This document shows positions 1 to 9,720 of a stretch of 64,000 bases of DNA, in pieces. The stretch is from a bacterium. GTDB lineage: Bacteria > Krumholzibacteriota > Krumholzibacteriia > LZORAL124-64-63. The position numbers and the translations under genes are program-made. The DNA lies in the NCBI GenBank assembly GCA_020440705.1, contig JAGRNP010000003.1:10076-74075 (forward strand), given 5' to 3'. The notes below the pieces were generated by a model that worked only from the letters and a program-made list of their open reading frames with translations, was not told the origin of the DNA and made no database searches. Position 1 is the stretch's first letter; every line of letters starts with the position of its first letter.

Positions 1-654
1 CTGGCCAAGGGCGGCCGCGGCGGCAAGGGCAACTGGGAATTCCGCAACGCCCGCAACCAGACGCCCATGCACGCCACGCCGGGCAAGCCGGGCCGCAGCC
101 GCAAGGTCCGGCTCGAGCTCAAGCTCATCGCCGACATCGGCCTGGTGGGCGAGCCCAACGCCGGCAAGAGCACGCTGCTGTCGGTGATCACGGCGGCGCG
201 ACCCAAGGTGGCCGACTACCCGTTCACGACCCTCGTGCCGAACCTGGGCATCGTCGACCTGGGGGAGTACCAGAGCTGCACCCTGGCCGACATTCCCGGG
301 CTCATCGAGGGCGCCAGCCGGGGCAAGGGGCTCGGCCACGAGTTCCTGCGCCACGTCGAACGCACGCGGGCGCTCCTGCTGCTGGTCGACCCGTCGCTGG
401 AGGCGCCGCGGCGGGCCCTGGACGTGCTCCGCCGCGAACTGCGCGAGCACGGCAGCCGCCTCGCCGAACTGCCCTTCGCCGTCGCGGTCACGAAACAGGA
501 CCTGCTCGACCCCGTCGCGGCCGAGACCGCCCTGGCCGAGGCCCGCGCCTGGGGCGAGGAGAACGGCGCCGGCGAGGTCATCATGATCTCGTCGGCCACC
601 AACCAGGGCCTCGACCAGCTGCGGCACCTCCTGCGCCGTCTCTACGAGGCCTGA
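1..654 (+). CDS. obg: GTPase Obg/CgtA, C-terminal part (5' end outside window)
   Basis: In-frame from nt 1; glycine-rich GGRGGKGN Obg fold followed by G domain with GEPNAGKSTLL P-loop and DxxG; stop at 654. Confidence 0.9.
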   Translation: MAKGGRGGKGNWEFRNARNQTPMHATPGKPGRSRKVRLELKLIADIGLVGEPNAGKSTLLSVITAARPKVADYPFTTLVPNLGIVDLGEYQSCTLADIPGLIEGASRGKGLGHEFLRHVERTRALLLLVDPSLEAPRRALDVLRRELREHGSRLAELPFAVAVTKQDLLDPVAAETALAEARAWGEENGAGEVIMISSATNQGLDQLRHLLRRLYEA

Positions 655-680
655 TCCCCTCCCGGATCGGAACGCCTGCC

Positions 681-1610
681 ATGTTCGCTGCCGTGCCGCC
701 TCGCGGACCGGCCGACGGGGACGTCCGTCTGCTGCGGCCCACCGATGCCGCCTGGCCCGGACTGCTGACCCGCATCCCGGATCCGCCGCCGCATCTGCAC
801 GTCCTCGGTGATCCGGCCTGGCTCGACCGCCCCGCCGTGGCCATCGTGGGCACGCGCCGCGCGACGCCCCGCGGGCTGGCCGTGGCCCACGGGGCGGCCC
901 GGGCCCTCGCGCTGCAGGGCTGGACCATCGTCAGCGGCCTGGCCCTCGGGATCGACGCCGCGGCCCATCGGGGTGCGCTCGCCGGGGGCGGCGGCACCGT
1001 GGCGGTCATGGGCACCGGGCCCGACCGGGTCTATCCGGCCTGCCACCGTGGTCTGCAGGGGGAGATCCTGGCCCGCGGCTGCGCCGTCACCGAACTCGAG
1101 CGGGGCGCGCCCGCCCTGCCGCACCACTTTCCGAAACGCAACCGGATCATCGCGGCGCTCGTACAGGCCGTCATCGTCGTCGAGGCCCCGCTGCAGAGCG
1201 GAGCCATGCACACGGCCCGCACCGCCCTGGACTACGACCGCGACGTCTTCGCGGTGCCCGGTCCGGTCGACCTCGAGGCCCACCGCGGCTGCCACCGGCT
1301 GCTGCGCGACGGGGCCCATCTCTTCGAGGGGGTGGGGGACGTCGAACGGGTCCTCGGGCCGCCGCCGGCGCCCGCGGCGACCGGCCGGTGCGACGTTGCG
1401 GGCGCGCCGCCGGTCCCGGACGACGGCTCGGCCGCCCGCTGGATCCTCGACCGGCTCGACCTCGAGGGCGTCCGGCGGGACGATCTGCGCCGCCGCTGGC
1501 CCGGCGACGAGGCCACCTGGCTCGAAGGGCTGACCGCTCTCGAACTGGCCGGCCTGATCCTGAGGTTGCCCGGTGGGCGGGTCGCCCGTAGAATCTGGTC
1601 CGGTCCCTGA
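681..1610 (+). CDS. dprA: DNA processing protein DprA (Smf)
   Basis: Rossmann-like DprA core motifs VAIVGTRRATPRG ... GLALGIDAAAHRGAL ... FPKRNRIIAAL; 309 aa. Confidence 0.85.
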   Translation: MFAAVPPRGPADGDVRLLRPTDAAWPGLLTRIPDPPPHLHVLGDPAWLDRPAVAIVGTRRATPRGLAVAHGAARALALQGWTIVSGLALGIDAAAHRGALAGGGGTVAVMGTGPDRVYPACHRGLQGEILARGCAVTELERGAPALPHHFPKRNRIIAALVQAVIVVEAPLQSGAMHTARTALDYDRDVFAVPGPVDLEAHRGCHRLLRDGAHLFEGVGDVERVLGPPPAPAATGRCDVAGAPPVPDDGSAARWILDRLDLEGVRRDDLRRRWPGDEATWLEGLTALELAGLILRLPGGRVARRIWSGP

Positions 1611-1637
1611 ACGTTCGCTCATCCGGAAGGATCGCCC

Positions 1638-2570
1638 GTGATCTCCGTGCGGAATCTCGTCAAGAAGTACGGTTCCCACCGGGCCGTCGACGGCCTGGAC
1701 TTCACCGTGGCCAAGGGGGAGCTCTTCGGCCTGCTCGGGCCCAACGGCGCCGGCAAGACGACGACCATCAGCGTCCTGGCGACGCTCCTGCCCGCCGACG
1801 GCGGCAAGGCCGAGATCGGCGGCCACGACGTGGCCTCCGACGCGGCCGCGGTCCGCCGGCTGATCGGCGTCGTGCCGCAGGAGATCGCCCTCTACACCGA
1901 CCTGACCGCCCGCGACAACCTCCAGTTCTGGGGACGTCTGTATGGCCTGACGGGCCGCACCCTGTCCGCGCGCGTCGACGAACTCCTGGAGATGGCCGAT
2001 CTCGTCGAGCAGGCCGGCCAGAAGGTGGGGACCTTCAGCGGCGGCATGAAGCGGCGCCTGAACCTGGTCGTGGGCCTGATCCACGGGCCCGAAGTGCTCT
2101 TCCTGGACGAGCCCACGGTGGGCATCGACGCCCAGGCCCGCGAGCGCATCCTCGACCTCATCGAGAGGCTCGGCGCCGAGGGGATGACCGTCGTCTACAC
2201 CACGCACTACCTCGAGGAGGCCGAGAAGCTGTGCGACCGGATCGGCGTCATCGATCACGGACGCATGGTGGCCCTGGGCGACAAGGAGCAGCTCATCGGC
2301 CAGATCGGCGACACCGACCAGATCCGTTTCCAGCTGCCGCCCGATCGGCGCGCGGAGTTCGCGGCCGCGTTCGCCGGCCGTGACGGCGCGCGCGAGGTGT
2401 CCGAGCGCCGGGGCAAGGTCGAGGTCCGCACGCCCGACGGCGCGGCCCTGCTGCCGGACATCCAGGCCTGGCTGGCGGCGCGCGACCTGCCCCTCGAACA
2501 GCTCGAGGTGGTGCGCCCCAACCTCGAGACGCTCTATCTCAACCTGACCGGCCGCGGGCTGAGGGAGTAG
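1638..2570 (+). CDS. ABC transporter ATP-binding protein (ABC-2 type exporter)
   Basis: GTG start with GGAAGGA RBS; Walker A GPNGAGKTTT, ABC signature FSGGMKRRL, Walker B LFLDEPT; 310 aa. Confidence 0.85.
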   Translation: MISVRNLVKKYGSHRAVDGLDFTVAKGELFGLLGPNGAGKTTTISVLATLLPADGGKAEIGGHDVASDAAAVRRLIGVVPQEIALYTDLTARDNLQFWGRLYGLTGRTLSARVDELLEMADLVEQAGQKVGTFSGGMKRRLNLVVGLIHGPEVLFLDEPTVGIDAQARERILDLIERLGAEGMTVVYTTHYLEEAEKLCDRIGVIDHGRMVALGDKEQLIGQIGDTDQIRFQLPPDRRAEFAAAFAGRDGAREVSERRGKVEVRTPDGAALLPDIQAWLAARDLPLEQLEVVRPNLETLYLNLTGRGLRE

Positions 2571-2572
2571 CC

Positions 2573-3892
2573 GTGCTCGTCTTCGCCCTCGTCCGCAAGG
2601 ACCTGCGCCGCGCCGCCTCCGATCGGCGCGCGATGCTGGTCAGCCTCGCCCTGCCGCTGCTGCTGACGGCCATCATGGGCCTCAGCTTCGGGCGCGGGAG
2701 CGGGGGCGTGTCGGCCATCCCCATCCTCATGGTCGGGGCCGACCTGCCCGACCAGATGCAGGACCGCCTGAAGGAGGGCCTCGAGGAATCGGGCTGGTTC
2801 ACCGTGGCCTGGAGCGACTCCGCGGCCGCGGATGCGGCCGTGCGGCGGGGCGACGTCGCCGCGGCGGTAATCTTCCCGGACGGGATCTTCACGCGCCTGA
2901 TCGACGGCGACGCGGTGCGGCTCGAGGTCTGGAAGGATCCGGGCAGTCCGCTCAAGAGCGACATCGTGGCGGAGATCCTCAGCCGCATCGTCCGGCCGTA
3001 CCAGGCCGGCGAAGCGGCCTACGAATCCCTCTGGCCGGAGGATCGCGCCCGCGGCGAGGGCGAATTCCGCGCCGACGAGTACTTCGCCGGCGACTTCAAC
3101 GACGTCTGGAAGCGGTTCCGCGGCGGCGAGAACGACCCGGTGCTGCGGGAGGCGCGCGACCGCTTCATGACGATCATGGACCACCAGGTGGCCCTGTCCG
3201 ATGCCATGGCAGCCGACCGGATCGTGCTCGAGGTGCACGACAAGGCCCCGGCCGGTGCCTTCGCCGAGGGCGAGGAGATCAACCTCTTCGACACGTTCCT
3301 GCCGAGCTTCGCGGTCTTCTTCCTCATGTTCGCCGTCTCCGGGGCCGCCCGGGACCTTCACCGGGAGCGCGAACGCCTCACCCTGCAGCGCCAGCTGTTG
3401 AGCCCCATGCGCGGCATCGACTTCGTGGTCGGCAAGTGGGTGGGGGCCGTGTTCCAGGGCGCGGGACAGCTCCTGGTGCTCTTCGGGGCGGGGGCGATCC
3501 TCTTCAAGGTCAATCTCGGGCCCGATCCGCTGGCCCTGCCGGTCATGGCCCTGTTGACCTCGGCCGCCGGCGCGGGCGTCTTCCTGTTCCTGGCCCTGGT
3601 CACCCCGTCGGAGAAGGTCATGGACAACCTGGCCACGGTGGTGATCCTGGTCTCGGCCATGATCGGGGGCAACTTCGTGCCGGTCGAGTCCCTGCCCGGC
3701 TGGGTCGCGTCCGTGGGGCGCTTCGCGTTCAACTACTGGGCGAACCTGGGCTTCAGCGAAGTCGTCGCGCGCGATCACGACCTGGGCGCGGCCCTGGGGC
3801 CCGTCCTCGTCCTGGCCTCGATCGCGGTCACGCTCTTCGCGGTCAACGTGCTGCTGTTCATGGCGCGCGCGCGCCGGGGAGGCCTGACGTGA
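2573..3892 (+). CDS. ABC-2 family transporter permease
   Basis: GTG start 3 nt after ATPase stop; N-terminal TM helix, large extracytoplasmic loop, C-terminal cluster of about 5 TM helices typical of ABC-2/YhhJ-type permeases. Confidence 0.7.
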   Translation: MLVFALVRKDLRRAASDRRAMLVSLALPLLLTAIMGLSFGRGSGGVSAIPILMVGADLPDQMQDRLKEGLEESGWFTVAWSDSAAADAAVRRGDVAAAVIFPDGIFTRLIDGDAVRLEVWKDPGSPLKSDIVAEILSRIVRPYQAGEAAYESLWPEDRARGEGEFRADEYFAGDFNDVWKRFRGGENDPVLREARDRFMTIMDHQVALSDAMAADRIVLEVHDKAPAGAFAEGEEINLFDTFLPSFAVFFLMFAVSGAARDLHRERERLTLQRQLLSPMRGIDFVVGKWVGAVFQGAGQLLVLFGAGAILFKVNLGPDPLALPVMALLTSAAGAGVFLFLALVTPSEKVMDNLATVVILVSAMIGGNFVPVESLPGWVASVGRFAFNYWANLGFSEVVARDHDLGAALGPVLVLASIAVTLFAVNVLLFMARARRGGLT

Positions 3893-5115
3893 ACGGCGCG
3901 GTCATCCTGGCGCTGGTGCGCCTGCGCCTCGTGCGCGTCCTGCGCGACCGCATGGGGCTGGTCTGGCTCCTGGTCATGCCCATGGTCTTCTCGTTCCTCA
4001 TGGGCGAGCTCATGGGGGGCATGAACAGCGGCGGCGGCACGCGGGCCCTGCCCCGCTTCCTGGTGGCCGACGCCGACGGGACCGTGGCGGTCGACCGGCT
4101 CCTGGCTCCCCTGCTCGACAACGAGCGGTTCCGGGTCGTCCGGGAGGACACGAACCTCACCGTCACCGAAGCGCGGGCGGCCGTCGAGAACGGACGCCAC
4201 ACCGCCGTCCTCATTGTCCCGCAGGATTTCGGCGCCCGGGTCGCGGCCGGAGAGCGGGCCGAGCTGACCCTCGCCTACGACTCCGACCGGCTCAGCAGCC
4301 AGACGGTGCGCACCACCCTCGAGCAGGCGGTGCTGCGGACCAACGCCGAAGCCGCCGCCCGCAGTCTCGTGGCGGCGCCCGGTGGCCCGGTGCCGCGCGA
4401 CCGGGCGGCCGCCTTCGACGCGGCGGTCTTCGACAGCCTCTGGACGCGGCCCCGTGTCAGCCTCGAGGCGACCACCCTCGGCCGGGTCGAGGACGACGAC
4501 TGGGGCCTGACCCGCTCCCATCAGCACGTGGGGCCGGCCTACGTCCTCTTCTTCGTGATGATGTTCCTGATGATGACGGCGAAGGAGCTCGTCCAGGCCC
4601 GCCGCGACCGCACCCTCGATCGCCTCGTCACCAGTCGCGCCCGCTCGGGCGAACTCGTGCTGGGGATCTTCCTGGGGGGAATGGCCATCGGCCTGGTCCA
4701 GGCCGCGGTGCTGCTCGTCCTGAACAGCCTGGCGTTCGGCATCGACTACGGCGACTCGCCGCTCGGCCTGGCCCTGACGGTGTTGCTGTTCGCGGCCTTC
4801 GCGGCGGGGGCGTCGATCGTCCTCGGCGCGGTCGCCCGCACCGAGGCCCAGGCCGACGGTCTGGGCATGGCGCTGACCATGACCATGGCGGCCCTCGGCG
4901 GCCTGTGGTGGCCCCTGGAGATCGTGCCGGCCATCATGCAGCGCGTCGGGCACGCCCTGCCCACCGGCCAGGCCATCACCTGCTTCCACGACATGATCGG
5001 CCGGGGCTACGGGCTCGCCGACCTGGCGCCGCTGCTCGTCGGGCTGGGGGTCTGGGCCGGAGCGGCCCTGCTGCTGGGGGCGTGGCGCCTGCGCCGGCTG
5101 GTCACCGGCGCCTGA
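3889..5115 (+). CDS. ABC-2 family transporter permease (second)
   Basis: GTG start overlapping upstream stop (GTGA); same architecture as the preceding permease; the listed ORF 3436..5115 extends upstream in-frame but overlaps permease 1. Confidence 0.7.
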   Translation: MNGAVILALVRLRLVRVLRDRMGLVWLLVMPMVFSFLMGELMGGMNSGGGTRALPRFLVADADGTVAVDRLLAPLLDNERFRVVREDTNLTVTEARAAVENGRHTAVLIVPQDFGARVAAGERAELTLAYDSDRLSSQTVRTTLEQAVLRTNAEAAARSLVAAPGGPVPRDRAAAFDAAVFDSLWTRPRVSLEATTLGRVEDDDWGLTRSHQHVGPAYVLFFVMMFLMMTAKELVQARRDRTLDRLVTSRARSGELVLGIFLGGMAIGLVQAAVLLVLNSLAFGIDYGDSPLGLALTVLLFAAFAAGASIVLGAVARTEAQADGLGMALTMTMAALGGLWWPLEIVPAIMQRVGHALPTGQAITCFHDMIGRGYGLADLAPLLVGLGVWAGAALLLGAWRLRRLVTGA

Positions 5116-5127
5116 GGGCGGCGCGCC

Positions 5128-5436
5128 TCAGTTCTCCGTGTCGAAGCCCACGATGGGCGGCAGCTGGGGCTGGCCGGAGGCCTTGATCTCCCCGTGCACC
5201 GCCTCATAGCGCTCGATGTTCGCCTTCAGGTTCGCCTGCAGCGCCTTCATGGCCATGGGCGTCATGATCACCCGCGCATGCACCTTGGCCTTGGGCACCC
5301 CGGGCACGATCCGGGCGAAGTCCAGGATGAACTCGGCCTGGCTGTGGGAGACGAGGCTCAGGTTGCTGTACACGCCCTCGGCTTCCTTCTCACCCAGATC
5401 GATGGCGATGCGCTGCTGCTGCGGTTTCTTGTCCAT
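5128..5436 (-). CDS. DUF3467-family small protein
   Basis: 102 aa starting MDKKPQQQRIAIDLGEKEAEGVYSNLSLVSHSQAEF..., typical DUF3467; GGAGG RBS upstream; the longer listed ORF 5128..6018 upstream part is non-coding-like. Confidence 0.65.
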   Translation of the reverse strand: MDKKPQQQRIAIDLGEKEAEGVYSNLSLVSHSQAEFILDFARIVPGVPKAKVHARVIMTPMAMKALQANLKANIERYEAVHGEIKASGQPQLPPIVGFDTEN

Positions 5437-5539
5437 GGGGCCTCCCCGGGAACACCGGTCCCGAAATTGACAGTGCCGGACCCGGGTGATAGCTTCCGGG
5501 CGCAGCCGATTGTCCTCGTACCCAACCAAGAATACGGCC

Positions 5540-6541
5540 ATGACCTCAAAAGACAAGCAGTTCGCCGTCGAGCGGCAAATCATCGGCCGGATCGCGGGCC
5601 GACGCCTGGCGGTCATCGGCGACTCCATGGTCGACCGCTTCCTGTGGGGGCGCGTCGACCGCATCAGCCCCGAGGCGCCGGTGCCGGTGGTCCGCATCGA
5701 GCGCGAGACCGTCAAGCTGGGGGGAGCGGCCAACGTGGCGGCCAACATCCGGGCCCTGGGCGCGGAGGTCGTGCTCTTCGGGATCGCGGCCGCCGACGAG
5801 GCGGGCCGCCAGTTGCGCGACCTGCTCACCGAGCGGGGCATCGACCCGGCCGGCCTGGTGGCCGACGGCGACCGCCCCACGACCATCAAGACCCGCATCA
5901 TCGCCCACAACCAGCAGGTGGTCCGGGCCGACCGCGAAGACGACGCGCCGGCCGCCGACGCCACCATCGACCGGCTGCTCGGCCAGCTGGGTGCCGCGGG
6001 CCCCTTCGACGGCATCATCTTCAGCGACTACGGCAAGGGCGTCCTGACCGACGCCGCCCTGGACCGGGCCATCGCGGCGGGCCGCGCCGCGGGCGTGCCC
6101 ATGGTGGTCGACCCGAAGAAGGGGGACTACAGCCAGTATCGCGGCGTCAGCAGCCTGACGCCCAACCAGAAGGAAGCGGAGCAGGCCTGCGCCCTGCCCA
6201 TCGTCGACGACGAGAGCCTGCGCGAGGCGGGTCGCCGTCTCCTGGAGCGCACCGAGGCCGAGGCCGTCCTGATCACCCGGGGCGAACACGGCATGGCCCT
6301 CTTCGGCCGCGCCGGCTCGGACGACCGCCTCGCCACCCGCGCCACGACCGTCTACGACGTCACCGGGGCCGGCGACACGGTCATCGCCGTCTACACCGCG
6401 GCCCTGGCCGCCGGAGCGAGCTTCCTCGACGCGGCGCACCTGGCCAACCACGCGGCGGGCCTGGCCGTGCGCGAGCTGGGCACGGCGGCCATCACCGCCG
6501 CGCAGCTCGAAGCCATCCTGGGCGGCGGGGGCGACGCGTGA
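5540..6541 (+). CDS. hldE: D-glycero-beta-D-manno-heptose-7-phosphate kinase (HldE/RfaE domain I, stand-alone)
   Basis: PfkB/ribokinase-like: GDSMVDRFLWGRVDRISPEAPVPVV ... GAANVAANI ... TGAGDTVIAV; no fused adenylyltransferase domain. Confidence 0.85.
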   Translation: MTSKDKQFAVERQIIGRIAGRRLAVIGDSMVDRFLWGRVDRISPEAPVPVVRIERETVKLGGAANVAANIRALGAEVVLFGIAAADEAGRQLRDLLTERGIDPAGLVADGDRPTTIKTRIIAHNQQVVRADREDDAPAADATIDRLLGQLGAAGPFDGIIFSDYGKGVLTDAALDRAIAAGRAAGVPMVVDPKKGDYSQYRGVSSLTPNQKEAEQACALPIVDDESLREAGRRLLERTEAEAVLITRGEHGMALFGRAGSDDRLATRATTVYDVTGAGDTVIAVYTAALAAGASFLDAAHLANHAAGLAVRELGTAAITAAQLEAILGGGGDA

Positions 6542-7029
6542 GCGCGGCTCCCGCACGTGGCGTGGTCCTGGACCGCGACGCCCTCGCGGCGTGGGGAGAG
6601 GCCGTCCGGGCGGCGGGACGCACCATCGCCTTCACCAACGGCTGCTTCGATCTGGTGCATTCCGGTCACCTCGCCAGCCTGGTCCAGGCCGCCGGCGCGG
6701 CCGACGAATTGATTGTCGCTCTCAACTCCGACCCCTCGGTGACGCGCCTCAAGGGAACCGGCCGGCCGATCCTCCCGGAAGCCGACCGCGCGGCCCTGAT
6801 CGCGGCCTTGCGACCGGTTTCCGCGGTCACCATATTTGACGAGCCGACACCGCTGGAGGTCATCCTCCGGATCCGGCCTGACGTGCTCGTCAAGGGGTCC
6901 GAGTACGCCGAAGCGGACATCGTGGGCGCGCCCGAGGTGAAGTCCTGGGGCGGCCGCGTGGTCCGCGTGCCGATGGTGCCCGGCTGGTCGACCTCCCAGA
7001 TCATCGACGCGGTTCGGCGATTGCCTTGA
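6538..7029 (+). CDS. hldE: D-glycero-beta-D-manno-heptose-1-phosphate adenylyltransferase (HldE/RfaE domain II, stand-alone)
   Basis: GTG start overlapping kinase stop (GTGA); cytidylyltransferase-like motif FTNGCFDLVHSGH; 163 aa. Confidence 0.8.
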   Translation: MSAAPARGVVLDRDALAAWGEAVRAAGRTIAFTNGCFDLVHSGHLASLVQAAGAADELIVALNSDPSVTRLKGTGRPILPEADRAALIAALRPVSAVTIFDEPTPLEVILRIRPDVLVKGSEYAEADIVGAPEVKSWGGRVVRVPMVPGWSTSQIIDAVRRLP

Positions 7030-7115
7030 ACGGTCGATCCCGCCCGCGTGCGACGCGTGCGCCGGGCGGCCAACTCGTCCGATCATCACGATCGACCGGA
7101 CAAAGAGGAGACGTC

Positions 7116-8429
7116 ATGAGCAGGATCAAGACCATCATCCTGGGTGCCGCGGGCCGCGACTTCCACAATTTCAACTGCGTCTACCGTGACAACGAGACCT
7201 ACGAGGTCGTGGCCTTCACCGCGACGCAGATCCCCGACATCGACGGCCGACGCTACCCCGCCGCCCTGGCGGGTTCGCTCTATCCGGAAGGCATCCCCAT
7301 CCACGACGAGGGCGACCTCGAGGCCCTCATCGCCGAGACCGGCGCCGAGCAGTGCGTCATGGCCTACAGCGACCGCTCGTACCAGCAGGTCATGAGCCTC
7401 GGCTCGATCGTCAACGCCGCGGGCGCCGACTTCCTCATGCTCGGCGAGCGCCACACCCAGCTGAAGAGCACCAAGCCGGTGATCAGCGTCACCGCCGTGC
7501 GCACGGGCTGCGGCAAGAGCCAGACCAGCCGCCGCATCTGCGAGATCCTGCGGGGCGCGGGCAAGAAGGTCGTCGCCGTGCGGCACCCCATGCCCTACGG
7601 CGATCTCGCCGCCCAGCGCGTGCAGCGCTTCGCCGAAGTGGCCGACCTCGCGAAGCACAATTGCACCATCGAGGAGATGGAGGAGTACGAACCGCATGTC
7701 GTCGCCGGGGGCGTCATCTACGCGGGTGTCGACTACGAGGCCATCCTGCGCGAGGCCGAGAAGGAGGCCGACATCATCCTCTGGGACGGCGGCAACAACG
7801 ACACGCCGTTCTTCCGGCCCGACCTGGCGGTGGTCGTGGCCGACCCGCACCGGGCGGGCCACGAGTTGAACTACTATCCGAGCGAGACCAACCTGCGCCT
7901 GGCCGACGTCGTTGTCATCAACAAGGTCGTCGAGGCCGAGTTCGAGGACATCGAGACCGTGCGCGACAACATCCGGGCGGTCAACCCGGGCGCCCTGGTT
8001 ATCGACGGCGCCAGTCCCCTGACCATCGAGGGCGATTTCGACATCGCCGGCAAGAAGGTCCTGGTGGTCGAGGACGGCCCGACCCTGACCCACGGCGAGA
8101 TGACCTACGGCGCCGGCGTCGTGGCCGCCATGCGCATGGGCGCCGAGGAGCTCGTCGATCCGCGCCCCTGGGCCACCGGCCGCCTGGCCGAGACCTTCGA
8201 GCACTACCCCGAGATCGGGACCCTGCTGCCGGCCATGGGCTACGGCGCCGAGCAGGTGGCCGATCTCGAGAAGACCATCAACGCGGTCGAGTGCGACGCC
8301 GTGGTCATCGGCACGCCCATCGACCTGAACCGGATCGTGAAGATCGACAAGCCCACGGTCCGGGTGCGGTACGATCTGCAGGAGATCGGCAAGCCCGACT
8401 TCCCGCAGATCCTGAAGCGGTTCCTGTAA
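7116..8429 (+). CDS. COG2403-family P-loop protein (cyclic 2,3-diphosphoglycerate synthetase-like / predicted GTPase)
   Basis: AAAGAGGAG RBS; 437 aa; N-terminal Rossmann-like IILGAAGRDF, central P-loop VRTGCGKSQT, overall pattern recalled from COG2403/cDPG-synthetase homologs; assignment from memory, not searched. Confidence 0.55.
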   Translation: MSRIKTIILGAAGRDFHNFNCVYRDNETYEVVAFTATQIPDIDGRRYPAALAGSLYPEGIPIHDEGDLEALIAETGAEQCVMAYSDRSYQQVMSLGSIVNAAGADFLMLGERHTQLKSTKPVISVTAVRTGCGKSQTSRRICEILRGAGKKVVAVRHPMPYGDLAAQRVQRFAEVADLAKHNCTIEEMEEYEPHVVAGGVIYAGVDYEAILREAEKEADIILWDGGNNDTPFFRPDLAVVVADPHRAGHELNYYPSETNLRLADVVVINKVVEAEFEDIETVRDNIRAVNPGALVIDGASPLTIEGDFDIAGKKVLVVEDGPTLTHGEMTYGAGVVAAMRMGAEELVDPRPWATGRLAETFEHYPEIGTLLPAMGYGAEQVADLEKTINAVECDAVVIGTPIDLNRIVKIDKPTVRVRYDLQEIGKPDFPQILKRFL

Positions 8430-8526
8430 GGGAAGACCCGTCACGAGTGTGTTCGCGACCAGATCGGCCGGGCGGAGCCCCGGGGTCGGGGTTCTGCCGA
8501 CCGGTCGCATTCCGGGGAGGAATTGA

Positions 8527-9660
8527 GTGAATATCCACGAATACCAGGCCAAGGAGATCTTCACGGCCCACGGCCTGCCGGTGCCCGGCGGGCAGGTCGC
8601 GAGGACGCCCGACGAGGCCGTGGCGCTGGCCGAGCAGTACGGCCTGCCCGTCATGGTGAAGTGCCAGGTGCTGACCGGCGGCCGCGGCAAGGCCGGCGGC
8701 ATCAAGTTCTGCAAGACCATGGACGACGTCCGCACCAACGCGACGAACATCCTGGGCATGGACATCAAGGGCCATTCGGTGCACAAGGTGCTGATCACGC
8801 CGGCCGTGGACATCGCGAGCGAGTACTACCTCGGCATGCTCATCGACCGCAACACCCAGCGCGTCCTGCTGATGGCCAGCGCCGAGGGTGGCGTCGAGAT
8901 CGAACAGGTCGCCAAGGACACCCCGGAACTCATCTTCAAGTTCGCCATCGACCCGCGCTACGGTCTGCTCGACCACGAGGCCATGGAGATGGGCCTGAAG
9001 CTCTGCCCCGGCGACGTCAAGAAGGCGCGCCAGTTGGCCGTCGCCATGCAGAAGCTCTACCAGGCCTTCGTCCATGCCGACGCCAGCCTGGCCGAGGTGA
9101 ACCCGTTCATCTTCACGCCGGACGGCCAGGGCCACGCCATCGACGCCAAGGTCAACCTGGACGACAACGCCATGTTCCGGCATCCGGACTACGAGCCCAT
9201 GCGCGACACCGAGGCCGAGGACCCGAGCGAGCGCGCCGCCCGCGAGGCCGGCCTCAGCTTCGTCAAGCTCGAGGGCAACGTGGGCTGCCTGGTCAACGGC
9301 GCCGGCCTGGCCATGGCCACCATGGACCTGGTCAAGTACTACGGCGGCCAGCCCGCCAACTTCCTCGACATCGGCGGTTCCTCGAACCCCGAAAAGGTCG
9401 TCAACGCGCTGAAGATCATCCTCAGCGACCAGGAAGTGAAGGCCATCCTGTTCAACATCTTCGGCGGCATCACGCGCTGCGACGACGTGGCCAAGGGCAT
9501 CATCGAGGCGACCAAGCGCATGGACATCAACGTGCCCATCGTCGTGCGCCTGACCGGCACCAACGAGGAGGAGGGCCGCGCCCTGCTCACCGAGACCGAG
9601 CTGCATCCGGCCGCGACCATGGACGAGGCCGTGCAGAAGGCCATCGAACTGGCCGGTTGA
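8527..9660 (+). CDS. sucC: Succinyl-CoA synthetase beta subunit
   Basis: [12 protein letters not shown]... ATP-grasp N-terminus, [17 protein letters not shown] motif; 377 aa; RBS GGGGAGG. Confidence 0.9.
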   Translation: MNIHEYQAKEIFTAHGLPVPGGQVARTPDEAVALAEQYGLPVMVKCQVLTGGRGKAGGIKFCKTMDDVRTNATNILGMDIKGHSVHKVLITPAVDIASEYYLGMLIDRNTQRVLLMASAEGGVEIEQVAKDTPELIFKFAIDPRYGLLDHEAMEMGLKLCPGDVKKARQLAVAMQKLYQAFVHADASLAEVNPFIFTPDGQGHAIDAKVNLDDNAMFRHPDYEPMRDTEAEDPSERAAREAGLSFVKLEGNVGCLVNGAGLAMATMDLVKYYGGQPANFLDIGGSSNPEKVVNALKIILSDQEVKAILFNIFGGITRCDDVAKGIIEATKRMDINVPIVVRLTGTNEEEGRALLTETELHPAATMDEAVQKAIELAG

Positions 9661-9720
9661 ACACCCTGAACGATTGACACGAGGCGCCTCCGCGGGCGCC
9701 CGATCCGAGGAGATTCGAAA

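Noticed and set aside
5194-6537. 5' 450 codons of listed + strand ORF 5194..7029 (611 aa)
   Set aside because: Only the last 163 codons (from GTG 6538) match HldE domain II. The upstream part overlaps the kinase gene out of frame and is low-complexity.
7026-7115. Short direct repeat GCGTGCG-ac-GCGTGCG with ACGCGT palindrome upstream of COG2403 gene
   Set aside because: It is too short to distinguish from chance in GC-rich DNA. It could be an operator but there is no supporting evidence.
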